Assembly: GCA_051362555.1 (NCBI GenBank)
Contig: CM120646.1
Span: 1,116,001 to 1,180,000, forward strand
Direction: 5' to 3'
DNA: 64,000 nucleotides
Source of the DNA: Lingula anatina
Lineage: Eukaryota > Animalia > Brachiopoda
Of this stretch, positions 50,554 to 64,000 are shown piece after piece. The translations under genes were made by a program, and so were the position numbers. Below the pieces are notes generated by a model that was not told the DNA's origin, ran no database searches, and was given only the letters and a program-made list of their open reading frames with translations. The stretch's first letter is position 1. Each line of letters opens with the position of its first letter.

Positions 50554-53500
50554 TGCCATGGGGGAAGACACCAGATGTAACTGTCTAACCTAGAGGTTTG
50601 TTTGTTGATAATCAGGAGAGCTTGCAAGGGAGAAGGAGGCACAAAATGTGCCACCTTGAGACCCCCCTTCCCCCCCTCCAACATTTGATACCATGTTTCA
50701 GCAGATCAAAACAATACAATGACCAATTTGATCTCTTGTGCAATTTTAGTCAAACATCAAAACATCGTGCTGAAATGAAATCTTAGTAGCAAGCTTTGCA
50801 CATACCCTGTCTTTTTTTGTACCAAAAAGAGAGGGTATAGCTGTACATGCTTGCCAATGTATATTTAAACTTTTCAAAATCAATTAATTAAAAATAAAGA
50901 TAGTCAAACTGGAATAAAGATGTCAGCTTTCTATTTTCTGACAAAAAAGCAATTTGTCTAGCCAAAAGCAACTTGTAGTCTCATACAAAAGACTCAACTT
51001 GGGTATACATGTAAAATACAATCCACTTACTGCATGGTGTCAAGTTAAAGAAAACAATGATGAGATTTTTCATATAAAAATTCAAATCTCCGCATTCATG
51101 GGGGTAATCGACAGAAGTGCTTCAGCTATGAAAATATTTCACAATCTTTGATGAATACTAACTTTAAATGGGTACAGGTTAACTAATGTTCCAGAATATG
51201 TAAATATTTCTTTAAGCATGATCTATTCTGGCCTTGACCCCACTTTCCCCTCCCATTCCAAACCCCATTTCCCGTACCAATCCAAACCCCCACTTTCCCA
51301 TCCCATTTATGTAAACAGGCAATCTTAACACTCTCACAAATGGATTGATTAAAACAACATACAAAACAAGGAAAGACAAGCTTTTCAGGAGACTTTTCCA
51401 CAAACAGAAAAGCCCAGTCATACATCTTACAGCAAAAGTTGGTCTTCTCCTTCCAATGTATCCTTGCTTTAAAAATCCCATTGCGCCACCAGAAACTAAT
51501 TTTATAGTCACACGAAGTCAATACATCTAAACGCATTATGATGAATTTCAGAGCTTATGGCAAATGCAAAGATGCCTTATTTCTATGACTATTTCTTTAT
51601 TATTTTCAATTAGATTTTGACTTTAAAAACACATTTTTTGGTAGCGCTAACACTCACCAATTTAGCCAAATGCTAAAATTGACTGAAATTGGCTAAACAA
51701 ATTAGGGTTGATTTGACTCATTTTAGTCAAATTTAAACCATAAACCATAAGCAATGAAAAAGTAGTAATTTGGCTAAACGAAAAAAAAATTGCTAGCACC
51801 TCCCCAGCATTTTTAAAAATAATTATCACTCTGAAATCCATCATCAATGAGCTTAGATGTAGTTGTCTACATTAAAACATGAAACCGCATGTACATTGTA
51901 CTCTCATTCTGCGAAGGCGGTAGTCTCTCAAGAGTGATACCACGTAATTTACTGGCAGCCAGATGTTTTGAATCGGGAGGACGGCTGTCAAACTCAGATA
52001 TGGGTTTAACACGCTTACGGCATCTGAAAAATCAAAACACAGTACACACCTGGCATTTTCATGTCAAAGGTCATACGAAGGTCGTATGAAGGTCATTCAA
52101 GGTAATACAAAGGTCACATCAAGGTCACATTCAGATGGAGATGCCCTAGCATCTATGATAACCCTATGAAACATTTCTCCAGAACCATTCACATGGATAA
52201 TTGGTATGATAAGGGAGATACTCCCACCCAGGAAAGGTACATCTATTATTGACTTGACAAGTGTGGGATTGATGTACGAACCTAATCCATTACATTTATA
52301 CCATGATTTGAAAAACCATGAAGGAAAAGAGGTTGAATTTATCCTTGAATTCCAAAAATAAATCAAACTGAGATCTTTTTCTGTTTTTACATTTTGAACT
52401 TTTTGATCCTCCAAATTCGTGTCAGCATGTTAGCAAAAATCCCACACATTTTATCAGTAACGGTATTATATTTAGTGGAATGTACAAAAAAGTAGGACTG
52501 CAAGTTTCTCACTCAGTCTACCTTACTGGTTAAAATAATTTCAAGTCCTGTTTCTCTCCACTTTCAATGCAATAACCTGTACTCATATATGTGTAATGAC
52601 ATAATGTAATTATTTTGATGTGAAAATGCATCCTATTTTAAAAGAACACCAAAACATTTTTCATTAATAACAGAAAGAAATGTGATGTAAGAAATATTTG
52701 GTTGCAGTCACCACTGGAGTGACTAGCCAGACATGTGAGTTGTGATCAAATAATCTTTCATAAGAACTCTATTAAAAGTGACCATGTGCATTATGTTTTG
52801 GAGATAATCAATGGACAATTACGTACTTCAGTAACCCTGAAGAGCTACTTAAGAAGAGCTGTCGCAGCCACAGAAATACGGAAAGGCCTGCGGGCACTTT
52901 TTTAAAAAACTTAACAATTTATTTTTTGTGAAATAGTTCCATAAAAAAATGTTGATGAAATTTATTTTTTTGTGAAAAATTTTTGGTTAGAAAAATCGAA
53001 ATCAAATATAGACCAGTTGAATTACTCTCTGAGCTATTTCCTAAACCTATCCCGAACACTGAATGGTCCTTTTCCAAAACTTCATGACAAATTCTGTGAT
53101 AAATTTCATTGTTACAGAAAGCTGATCTCTCTGTCTCATAAGTATTTGGTTTAACCTTTCAAAGAGCCTGACAATTTCTTTTTGCCCAGTAATAGTTAAT
53201 TTTTTTTAAGTTCATTAAATTTCACAAATCCAATTATCATGAAACCTGACAAATTAATCTGATTCACTTTCAAACTGAAAAGTTCACTCACCCACCATCA
53301 ATTTCACTAAGTCCACCAACACATCCACTTGCTTGTTGACAAATTCACTTGCCAAATACAAATCTACCTCATTGACAAATTCACTTGCCAAATACAAATC
53401 TACCTCAATGACAAATTCACTTGCCAAATAAGAATTCACCTGTCCACTAATTCACTTGCCCACTGACCAATTCACTTGCCCACAGACTAATTCACTTTAG

Positions 53501-56500
53501 TTCACTTGACAAGTTGTCCACTAATTCACTTGCCCAGACTAATTCACTTCAGTTCACTTGTCCACTATTTCACTTGCCCACTGTCTAATTCACTTTTATT
53601 CACATGACCACTGTCTAATTCACTTTAATTCACTTGCCCACTGTCTAATTCACTTTAATTCACTTGCCCGGCTAATTCACTTTAATTCACATGCCCACTG
53701 TCTAATTCACTTTAATTCACTTGCCCACTGTCTAATTCACTTTAATTCACATGCCCACTGTCTAATTCACTTCAATTCACTTGCCCACAGACTAATTCAC
53801 TTGCCCACTGTCTAATTCACTTTAATTCACTTGCTCACTGTCTAATTCACTTTAATTCACATGCCCACTATCTAATTCACTTCAATTCACTTGCCCACAG
53901 ACTAATTCACTTGCTAATTACTTGCTCAAGACATTCATTTTCCCTAAGATTTACTAAGACACCAAGCACCTTCCTTTGCAGACTAATTCACTTATCCACT
54001 GCCAACTAAAAACTTCACTTGCCCACTGACAAATTCACATAGGACTCTGACACTGTCTAATATTCAGTAAGTTGACATTATACACAGATGCACCCCAGCA
54101 CACATGGATACACACTCACATCTTGTTCATCTGCTCATATATAAAGACATTAGTTTTTCAAAATCAAATGCAAAGAATGAAAGTATTGCTGCTACAAATG
54201 CAAAGGCAAAATAGCAATCTTTTTATATTTGAAAAGACTGAGCAGTGTGATTGTAATATATAAATATGCCATGTTTATTGTCTTTACGATGAAGTTTTTA
54301 AAAAAACTTCATTATAAATATGATTGCCTTTTAAAAGACAACAAAATTTGAGATCAAGTATCTTGGTTTATAGAAATAAGCTATGGAAACAATTTGTAAA
54401 ATAACAGTATATGTATGCATACACTGATTAAAAGAAAGAAACAATTTTAAACCAAATTTGGCAAGAATGAAAAAGTAGAGAATTGTCTAAGCAAAAATTT
54501 AAACATGTGGAGTATTTCACATCAAACTGCTCATATGCCTCTAAATTTGCAGCATTCGTTGCAAAATTGATAATATAAAATACATTGAAGGGGCATTCAC
54601 ATTAAAAATATAAACCAGACCAAAGGAACTGCAGCTGATTCACAAGTCTATTAAAGAGATCACAGCCTTTGATATGGTTCATTTTTTATTGGACTGCACC
54701 CAAAACAGTCACATCTACAATTACATGCTTATTTTGTTCTGCTAGTTTGACTTACTACATGATGACTCATATGAGAACGGCAGCCATCTTTGAAAGAGTT
54801 ACAATCAAAAATATGAAACCTGGCTTGTGATAGGCTAAGTTCACAACCAAGTTGATCCATGGACTTACTGAGCACACCCACTTGAAGGCAAGCTGCGTAA
54901 TCCCCTAAATGATTCCACAAGGGGATTATGCAGCAAGCTTTCAAGTGAGTTCCACCAACTTTGTTATTCCCTGGATCAACTTGGTTGTGAACGGAGCCTT
55001 AATGTGCTTACATCACAATACCTTTACCATGTTAATGTGTTTAAAAAAGGGACATGTTTAACCACCTCTGAAACCTGAATACAACAGATTATATAGAACT
55101 ATACTGAAGTTGGGCAAATAATAAGCCATAATAACTACTTTTGCAGATGGCTGACTTTCTCACTGAAATCATATGAATGAGGAATGATGAGTGTATAAGT
55201 GTGAGCAATATTATCCTTTCAAATGGTAGAAAAATGAGGTTGAAAAGGAATTGATGCACTGCTAGAAAAATTGTTTGGGTCTTAAAAGTAAAATAAAAGC
55301 TTTTTATGCAAAAAAGTTAATAAATACAAATTAGAACCACCACTGATGCTTCACTTGAAAGATCCAAGTGCTTTACTCTGGAGTACCCAAGCGCAATTTC
55401 CAGCTGTCAAAATAAACATTTTCCAATTAATTCATCTTATTTTGTAATACAAAGATAAAGATGGAATTTTATATACATCTCACTCTGGATTTTGCTTTTT
55501 GAATTGAGTTCACAATGCTTAAGCCTTATCACAAAACTTTCTTCAGGTAAACTGAGGTCAAGTTGTCATCGTTATTACATGGTGACAATCTGCATGGGAT
55601 GCCCCCCCCCCAAGAGTCTCTGACTTTAACAGTGATGTTCATTTCAAATATAAGACCTAGCACAGAAGGTTTTGAGAGAGGGCCTAAACACTGCGACCTC
55701 GATTCCTTCTTTATCTTTGCATAAAACATTTAGATGAACCAATTTGAAAAGGTTCTTAATTTGTGGAAAAAAGCTTTTATTTCACTTCAAAGATCCAAAC
55801 AATTTCTCTTGCAGTGCATTAAAATGTTCTCTTATTATGTTAAGATTCACATAAAATTCACCGTGATGTTCCACTGAATGAATGTTGAAGTCCAAACTCA
55901 AAATTATTGAAATATAATAAAGTCTACATATACATAAGAACATCAAATGATAAGTGCCATGCCAGTGTTGCTTGCAAACTTCCATTTAAGTCAGTAAAAT
56001 AATGGAGTATACTAATGTAAAATGAATGTAGGGCTGGACTAAAGGTATTTTATGCAAAACAGTCCACCCATCTGCCAACGTTTTCACTGGCAGGAAATAG
56101 AAATTTTGGAAGATACTAATCTAATTGGTTAAGTGTATAAACAAGTGCCTACTAGTTAATTTTTCATTGGCAGGGTTAAAAATTTTACATCAAACTGGCA
56201 GAATTGCTCAAACAGATCAAAGAGTTAGTATGTCCGTACCTTTACATAAGATTTCAAAATGGCTATGAACACGATTATAATATTCAAAGCCTGAACAAAA
56301 TTTTCATTTTTCTGTGGCCAAGACATTTTGTGTACACATATCATTACTCAATGGAAATATTACAACACCCATTTTTGGCACCATTTACTTCCTACTACAA
56401 GCACCATGTATGCGTGTTGTTTCAAGCGCCACCTATAGTCCAAATTCAAAGGCACCACCTACCTATCGTTCAGCATGAAGCTCAAAGTTCCGTTTTGTTT

Positions 56501-56561
56501 TGACGTCAATTGGCTTGATTGTGATTGGCCACAGTCTAAAGTGGAGTCAGAGTTGGATGAC
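50554..56561 (-). CDS. TFCP2: Probable upstream coding exons of the TFCP2-like gene; start codon likely beyond the window
   Basis: Candidate phase-2 symmetric exons with no stops in frame: 56463-56561 (SSNSDSTLDCGQSQSSQLTSKQNGTLSFMLND), 51895-52023 (CRKRVKPISEFDSRPPDSKHL...; weak donor) and 50554-50589 (LDSYIWCLPPW). No conserved motif to anchor them. Confidence 0.45.
53337..54040. repeat. Minisatellite array (about 31-bp unit ttgcccactgtctaattcactttaattcac)
   Basis: Many tandem AATTCACTT-containing units; these produce the repetitive ORF 53558-53815. Confidence 0.9.
54833..54998. mobile_element. Palindromic MITE (PIF/Harbinger-like ends)
   Basis: ggctaagttcacaaccaagttgatcca...tggatcaacttggttgtgaacggagcc; core shared with 4434-4637. 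Confidence 0.7.
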
Positions 56562-56866
56562 CTTTTATGGAAAATAAAAAGAAATAAACAAAGGTCAGTG
56601 GCTGCTTTCTTCCAAGGAAAAACAGGGTGATGGACGACATTTCTCTGCAAATTCTGTGGAAACTGTCTTGCTGGCCAGGAATGTGTGCAGAATTAGTCAG
56701 AGAAATGTCTGTGAATATCTTGTAAAAATATTTCTTAGGCACTGACAAAGGGTTCTTCCTGTCTGATACAATGACTTACTTTTCTTGTTTTTTATTCTCG
56801 CCTTTTTTTTAAAGTAATTCTGTCTTTGAGAATGGACTTGGTATTAACTCATAGAAATGAAACTAT

Positions 56867-57052
56867 GGACCTGTTTAACGCCAGTTAATCCACACACTAA
56901 CTAGTCAGCAGATCAAATAAAGCATGCCAAGACATAATTGTTCTGCCCCTGCTGGGAGGGCAGGCTGGGAAGAGGGAAACCATTATCAGGTACAGGCTAT
57001 ATTTGATCCACGGACTAGTTAGTCCCTGGTTCAACTGGTTCTGAACAGGCCC
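56867..57052. mobile_element. Palindromic MITE (PIF/Harbinger-like ends)
   Basis: ggacctgtt..ccagtt..actaactagtc..gatcaaata / tatttgatc..gactagttagt..aactgg..aacaggccc inverted repeats. Confidence 0.65.
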
Positions 57053-58292
57053 TTACACTACAGGAATGCCATACCTCCTGAGCTCTCCGGCCAATGAATT
57101 GGTTTTAAACACAGGCAGTGCCAGTAGAGCCTCGCTGAAATGGCAAATCAAAGAAAATCAATACCTAAGTCAGTGGGATGATTGAAAAGTCTATTTCCCA
57201 TTAGTTTACTGCAGGAAATCTCAGTCTGTCTCATTTGGTGATCAAATCTGCTGGAAAAATCTGAGTGTTGTGGATCTGGGAGTAGAATAGGTATAAAGTA
57301 TAATGAAAATATTTATATTTATAAGCAAGGACAGAGAACTGATAGTTGGACACTAGAACTAGTAACTGTTAACTGTATTCAATATCAATCAATACTGATA
57401 AAACAAAAAAAAATCAAATTCTATTATGATCTACGACTTGTAGCCACTGGGCAGATATGATCAGATGTCTAAAGAGCCAATCAAAAAATTATTTTTTTTT
57501 CAAAATGGAAAAGGATCCCAACTTTTGCAATATCTAAACAGAACTACAAGTGTTTCTTTGTTGGTTAATTTTATTTCTATCATTTTCATCATTGGTGATT
57601 TGACAAAAGCAATGGGCAAACTACAGTTTTCTACAGATATTTACTTATTAAGACTCTGTCCATAGTATAGTGGGGACAGAACCAGGTGTCTGACCAAATG
57701 ACTATAGGTGTCAGCACTTTCCTGAAGACCATGAGGAGACCAACAGGATAATGCATGAACCAGATATTTGGCACATAAGAAGTACCGAGTCAACAATTTC
57801 ACTGAAAATTCTCAAAATTAAGTTCAATCTAATATACTTTTCCAAACACAAATTTAAGTAGTTTAGCATATAGGGTTGTGATACTTCTGAAAGAAAAGCA
57901 AAGCATCATGAATAGTAGCCCTTAAAACCACAACACCTGAGCTTTAAACAAGTATAACTTTAAATACTTTATATAAGTTCAGAGAAGATTGACAAATATT
58001 CTGGGCTGATCTGTTATCAGGATTAAAGAATCTCTTTCAGCACTAACTAAAGTACCAATCAGCTATAAATAAAAGAATAACAAGAGTTTACTATCCTGAA
58101 GAAAAAAAAACATGTATTGTTAAACAGTGTGTGACACTTTTCCACGGGAAGGAGTCACAGAGTTAGCTTTGAAATCATAGAAACATCTAATTTCTTTAAA
58201 CTACTAGTGCTTTAGTACTTGTGGAAATTTTAGCCAATATCTAAGATTTATTTCAAATATTAATAGCCTTGACCTTCAAACTGGTCATTTTT

Positions 58293-58486
58293 AGTCCGCA
58301 TTCAGATTCAGACATTGCACCAGCTGGGCCAATCCAACTTTCGTGTGTTCTCGGCTTATTTACCCCCTAGCTGCTTGAAGAGGCATGGTAGGCAATTAAG
58401 CTGATTACACTGATTGCCCTTTAGTGTGAATCCTCACAGAGTTGGATCAACCCAGCTGGAAAGATGTCTGAATCTGAATGTGTCCT
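58293..58486. mobile_element. Palindromic MITE with a different TIR but a family-A-like core
   Basis: cattcagattcagacat...atgtctgaatctgaatg TIR; internal ttaccccctagctgcttgaa resembles the family A core. Confidence 0.6.
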
Positions 58487-60739
58487 AAATCCAGCCTTGT
58501 GAACATCTGAGTTCTACTAGTGGATGTGACCTGTGAGCTGACATGGTGAAGGCACACACTGTTTAAGGGCACATTCCCAATAGAACTTCTGCTTTATGTA
58601 GAAAGATAATTGCATTGGAAATGAGCCATAAAAAAGCTCCATATGGAATGATTTCATTATGTAACTTGTATGCCAACAGAATATTAATGTTTATGCACTA
58701 ATAAACTACGTGAGTGTGGTGGTTAGTCCCACTGACTGTATCACAAAGAGTCACACATCTGTTTTTTTTTAGACTACTAGTAAATGTTTTCTTTTCTTAA
58801 CTGGTTTACTTGGGGAATTGATTTTTTTTCTCTAGAACGCTGAAACATTCCTCCATAAGGCACCATGCATATTTTGTAAAAATGAAAACCAATGAATAAT
58901 TTCATTTCAGGCAACTAAGATGATTCTATGAATGATGAATTCCCTACATGATTCTCTACAGGAGCAGGCAATTGTGAAATTTTGATGTAAGTAAAAGAAA
59001 AAACATGCTCTTAAGTATCCTATAAAACAGAATGACATGCCAAGGGTCACCCTGCACCCCCCCCCCCCTACACACACCTCCACTTAGCTTCAACTGACAA
59101 TATTTCTTACACACAAATATGACATTTGAAGAGACGGAAAAGAAATCTAGCTCCAAGCCCCCCCCCCAACCCTACCCCACCCTAGCTTGGATCCTCAACT
59201 TCTCACTTATTTAAGGTTTCAGGGATTTAAATTTCTGTCCATCAATTATGTGTCAGGTTTGCTCTCTTTAGAACAGAATATCACCATCTTCCCCCTTGTA
59301 GCATGATGTAAGAGATGGACATCTAAGAAGTCCCTGGAATTCCTCCCTCCCTCCCTTTTACATAACACCTTCAGTTGACAAAGTAAAGTGTCTTACATCT
59401 TGGAATCCCCCTTCTCTGCCTCTTACATAACATATACAGTTGACAAAGTAGTGTGTTACATCTTTCCCTGGGTCAAAGCTAATGTCATGACCTTCGCTAA
59501 CTCTGTACAAACAGTTCTAGTCAAATACGAACTGATAATGAGCTATCGAATCTTCTCTTCACCCTGTAGGCCAAATATCATGTGCAGCAGAACATGTATT
59601 CTCCTGAATTCTGCACGTGCAAATTCTGCTCTGCGAATTTATGATCTGTTTTAGTTTTCTTGCATTCTCAGTGTCATTAGGGTTAAAAGACGATATTCAC
59701 CTTTTTTTTTTAAAAAGGGGAAAATAAATAAAATAAATAAACAAACAAAAATAATTTCCTCATCACATTTTTTCATAAGTTGTCTAAATCTATACAGTTC
59801 ATATAGAAATCTTTCCCATCAGAATAGCTACACCCCACAAAAAATACAAATCTTCATCCTCGCCTTTCATGATTGATACAATGTCATCCAATAGAGCTAT
59901 GGTGTTGAATAATGAATGCTTGCTCTGTTTATATATATATATATATGAAAAGTATAATGATCATGACAGGCTTGAGCATTATGGAGGAATATCTCAGTGT
60001 AAGGAGGCGATTACCCGGAATGGTTCAGATTATCCTTTTCCTTGAACTCTTGGAGGGCTAAAAGGGCCTCGCTAGAAAAGCAACAGAATATGGTGAGTAA
60101 ATTGGGAAAAACTTTACCAGTGTATTAACTTAACAATGTTCAACAACCAAAATACAAGTTTTGTAATGATATTCATGCCCCTTAAAAATACAGATTTTTT
60201 TTGTTCTTTTTGATAGTAAAGCAACGTTTGGCATTGACAGCAAAACCTGGCAGTAGAGCAGCGATTGCAAAGTTTTCAAATATTATTATAATAAATATGG
60301 AGAAATGACAATATTTTTTAGGGTGGCTGAAATGTAACAAAATATAAAATGTACAATATTCTCTCTCACACCGTCATGCACATCCACACTTTAAGATGCA
60401 TTTGAAGTCAATTTTTTTTTGCCACAAAAGCAAAAATAGTATAACTTAGATAAAAGCCAAAGGACATTGTTTTATATATTACCTGAAAAATGATATTTGA
60501 ACTTTTTTCTGTGCTTTCTGTACTGCATATAAATGAAGCAGAAAAGTAGGTCAAGTTTATGACCAAAAATTTGAAGATGTAGTTAAAAACTTTTTATAGC
60601 TGATTGAGTCATTTATTTTGTTTATCCCTTAGCATGTGAACTTAATTTGAGCTGTAGAAGAAACTAGTAGTTCTAAGTGGTTTATATGGGTTACTGGGAA
60701 TGGACTATCCACCCTCACTCAGTTCAGATGTATCTTTAT

Positions 60740-61003
60740 GACTGGGTTCCAAAACCCACTAGTAGATTGATCTAACAGGATCAGTCCATCTCCAAGAGGT
60801 TTTTTGCTAAATTGCTTTCAGTTTAAGCTGCTTAAATGTCTGGCACACCTACTGAAGATGCTAAACAACTATTTATTACCCCCTAGTAGCTTCAGTAGGC
60901 GTGACAGACATCTAAGCTGCTTTAAGTTGATTGTAATTTAGCAAGAATCCCCTTGGAGATAGAACGAACCATAGTTAGTGTGATAGGTTCTGGGAATGGT
61001 CCC
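60740..61003 (-). mobile_element. Palindromic MITE family A, older copy
   Basis: gactgggttcc...tgggaatggtccc; colinear with 15637-15879, with CpG decay and no intact TSD. Confidence 0.75.
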
Positions 61004-64000
61004 GAAGAATGGACAGCAATGTTAATACTAAACACAAACACTACAAAGCTATGTCTTTCCTATTATAAACATATGTAGTGTTTTATTTACTTGGACTACT
61101 ACAGCACTAAAGTAACTGATTTATCTTGTGTCAACGTGGGCTCAAATTTCGGTCTAAAATTTGACCAGTTTACAGGCTATAGTCCTCCTGCGAAACTCCC
61201 CCATTTTACACAGCAGCTCCTCCTCTCTGACTTAAGCAATATAATATTGTCTAGTGACATCAAAAGGACTATTACCAGTCAAGGATCATCCCAATGTGAA
61301 TACGTTTAGGACACGCAACACTGGCACTAACCACAATGGGGACGAGATGCTGTACGTAATCATTAAAGGCCACATTGCATAATATGGTAGACATAATGGC
61401 TGGGTGAATACTGCCTTTTGTCAGCTTGAAAATGTATGATGCAAGGTATATACGTATGTATACTGAGACCAACGTGAAGTGTGGTTTTAAAGAGCTCTCT
61501 TCAAGATTTATTATTGTTATTATTATTGTTGTTGTTATTATTCACACGACTCGAGTGTTTATACCACGTCAAAACCTCTGTGTTATGCCCTTACATGACC
61601 AATGGGGAGTACCATTTCAAGAACTTCCCATTCTGCATAATAATTATCACATTTTCATTATCATTTTTACCCTGGATCTCATCTATTTGTAAAGCACCAA
61701 GAGTCCAAACCTAGGTCCCTCGCCTCCCATAACCCAAACACAGCAACATCCTTGACCCTGTCTACCCAGGGCACACCTTTCAATATATTACATAACATCT
61801 TGTGGACACAATCTAGGGAGAGTATACGTAACAGTCTGCCCTCACTGGACAAAATATAGGTCTGTTGTGGGCACTGGTCAAGTACGGGGCCAGCGCAGGT
61901 AGCTTTGGTCAGAGATTTAGTAGGAAATGTAGACGACTTGGGCCACCTGCACTGACCAGAGATAAGTGGATGGACTAAGTGACCAAGACCCATCTTGATT
62001 TTTAACTAGGCAAGCTCAATGGTCTAGAGTTACCAAGAGTTAGGTTTATTTTTATTACAAGCATGCCTCGGCTTAATTGGTTTTATAGGTTGAACAAAAA
62101 GTGATTCAATGCACTGTGATACATTGCAATGGATGTTATAGTAAATAAACTTGAGTCATTGCATCATTTTTGGTTTGCTTTCCTAGGACATATAGAGAAG
62201 AGGGGGGGGGGGGGGGGTTAAGTTGAAAACTTTGTAAATTTAAGTAGTTAGTATTTGTATTTTATAACCTTGTTTAGACAGCTTTCCAAAAATATGTTCA
62301 TTGGTTAAGATGAAACCAAATGTACACAGGCAAGCATAATAATAATAATAATTTAATAATTTAATTGACTGAGCATTAAAATGTGTACAGTTACATTTTA
62401 CAAGCTCTCTAAACTACAGTTTTACATAAATTCATAAATAATATGAATAGAGGAAAATAAAGATATTGAACAAATCCACTTCAAAAATTTCTTCAAATTT
62501 TTCCAGTATGAAAAAATAAATAAAATCATGAAGATGCCTATTCCATGTGACACAGTTACATCAGCGTGGTGAAGGAGTGCGGCAAAATGATAAACATTAG
62601 CACCTGTTGATTGTAAATTTATAAATATTTGTATAAAGACAGATAGTAGTATGAGGCACCTGACACTGGGAATGTGGCTACACTGGAGCAAACTGAATTA
62701 GCTGGTGTCAGTTTGCCTGTTAAATGATCACCCCTAGCAAGACACGGGCTTTTAAAATTTTTTTCAAAGCACAGACACAAAAGGTGTGATTTTACGAAAG
62801 AAAAACATGGTAAACCAAGGCATAAATATATAGTGTTCAATGATTTCACCAGCAGGCATGCAGCAAAGAAGTCTTCTATCATCAAACTTTAACTTGAGTG
62901 CATCAACCTCTCTTTTAACCTCATTTTTTAATTAAGATCACAACGGTACTTAACCAATGAAGGTGACCTTCTTACACAAATCTTATTTTTCCTTGCTGTT
63001 TTGTGGATGGATGGCACTTGGAATACATGACCCCATTCTAAAGCCAGTCCAAATGTGAGCACACAAGGTGATACTTACGGGTATCGAGATCAATCGTAAA
63101 AGGGCATGGCACTTCTTTTCAAGGTTATCAAATGGTTTCAGAAACAAAACTAGAATAGGGGACAGATTTAACGTCAAGGACTCGAAAAAAGACCTTGGAA
63201 CTGCAGTAAATATGATCAAAACTTTTCAGCATATGCCTGCATACAAAACCAGTGTTTTCTATACCCAAAAATCTGTAAATTTACAAGTTTTCCTTCAGCA
63301 TGGAGCCTCAGGGCTAATTCTCAATGAAGCCATTACTCTACTAGAAAGATCCATCTCTCCAGGTTCTCCTGCTGAAAGCAATCAGGTTGACAGATTAACA
63401 CACCTCCTGTTTCTAACATGCCTATATTTTAACCACCTGTATACTCTCATCCTTCTTTGAATCCAAGATGGGTCCAGCAACAATTCTTTATTTGGCAAAA
63501 ATGGCTTTGTTTTTGAGGAAAAAATCAATTTAGTGGGATAATCCCAGAGATCATCCTTTAAACCTGTGTACTATCTTTGAGCTTGTCAACACCAAACATA
63601 ACACCTGATATCAAAATCTTATTAACCTGATACCATGTTCACACATCATCCACTTTACAAGATTTTATCATATAAGAAAACAAATGTTAAATCCTATCGT
63701 TTGACAATACAAAGAGGGGGCAAAATTTCAAAATGCTCAAGATAAATGTTTTTATTATGGGACTACTGATTGTGTACCATTAAACTGACAGAACAGGATC
63801 TGATACATTTTGGTACAAAAATACACAAAAAGAACTTGCCTAGTTAAGAATCTATAATAACCAGCCTTTTGGAGTAATGAACAGCTTTCAATTTCTATTC
63901 TTCTTTATCAACTTTCACTATGTAAGTTCAGTCATTTTTTTGATTTTCCTTTTTCACCATAAGGCATACATCTGATCATCTTTCAGCAGTAAGTAAGTTC

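Noticed and set aside
53337-54040. Repeat array considered as CRISPR-like or as a His/Cys repeat protein
   Set aside because: The units are contiguous with no unique spacers, in a eukaryotic intron; it is an ordinary minisatellite.
61090-63700. Coding-like stretches, including ORFs 61679-61993 and 63068-63460
   Set aside because: Many stops in all frames and no motif I can recognise. It may be a decayed transposon in a TFCP2 intron; BLASTX/Dfam would be needed to decide.

Overview
AT-rich, intron-containing animal genomic DNA; the luqin sequence points to a lophotrochozoan, most likely a mollusc. I can reconstruct five spliced protein-coding genes by hand. (1) The 5' part of a PARP14-like gene (minus strand, 1-8421), sitting behind a compact IRF/CRE/NF-kB promoter. 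(2) An unassigned 87-aa secreted neuropeptide-like precursor ending ...GYAKTYARFGG (minus, 11069-11465), only partly visible in the ORF track. (3) The luqin precursor carrying QHWRPQGRF-GKR (plus, 27243-32506). (4) A two-exon, about 528-aa coiled-coil/disordered protein with a C-terminal CRYIR motif (minus, 35806-38308). (5) A TFCP2/UBP1 (LSF/gemini) transcription factor (minus, 44197 to beyond 56561). Also present are a candidate spliced small-ORF gene (about 20.5-21.5 kb), many non-autonomous palindromic DNA transposons with readable target-site duplications (TSDs; one nested pair), an L2/CR1 3' fragment, satellites, and ribozyme-like motifs. The ribozyme-like motifs are two minimal hammerheads in one TFCP2 intron, one decayed hammerhead, and one possible HDV-like fold. 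All calls were made by eye, without database searches.
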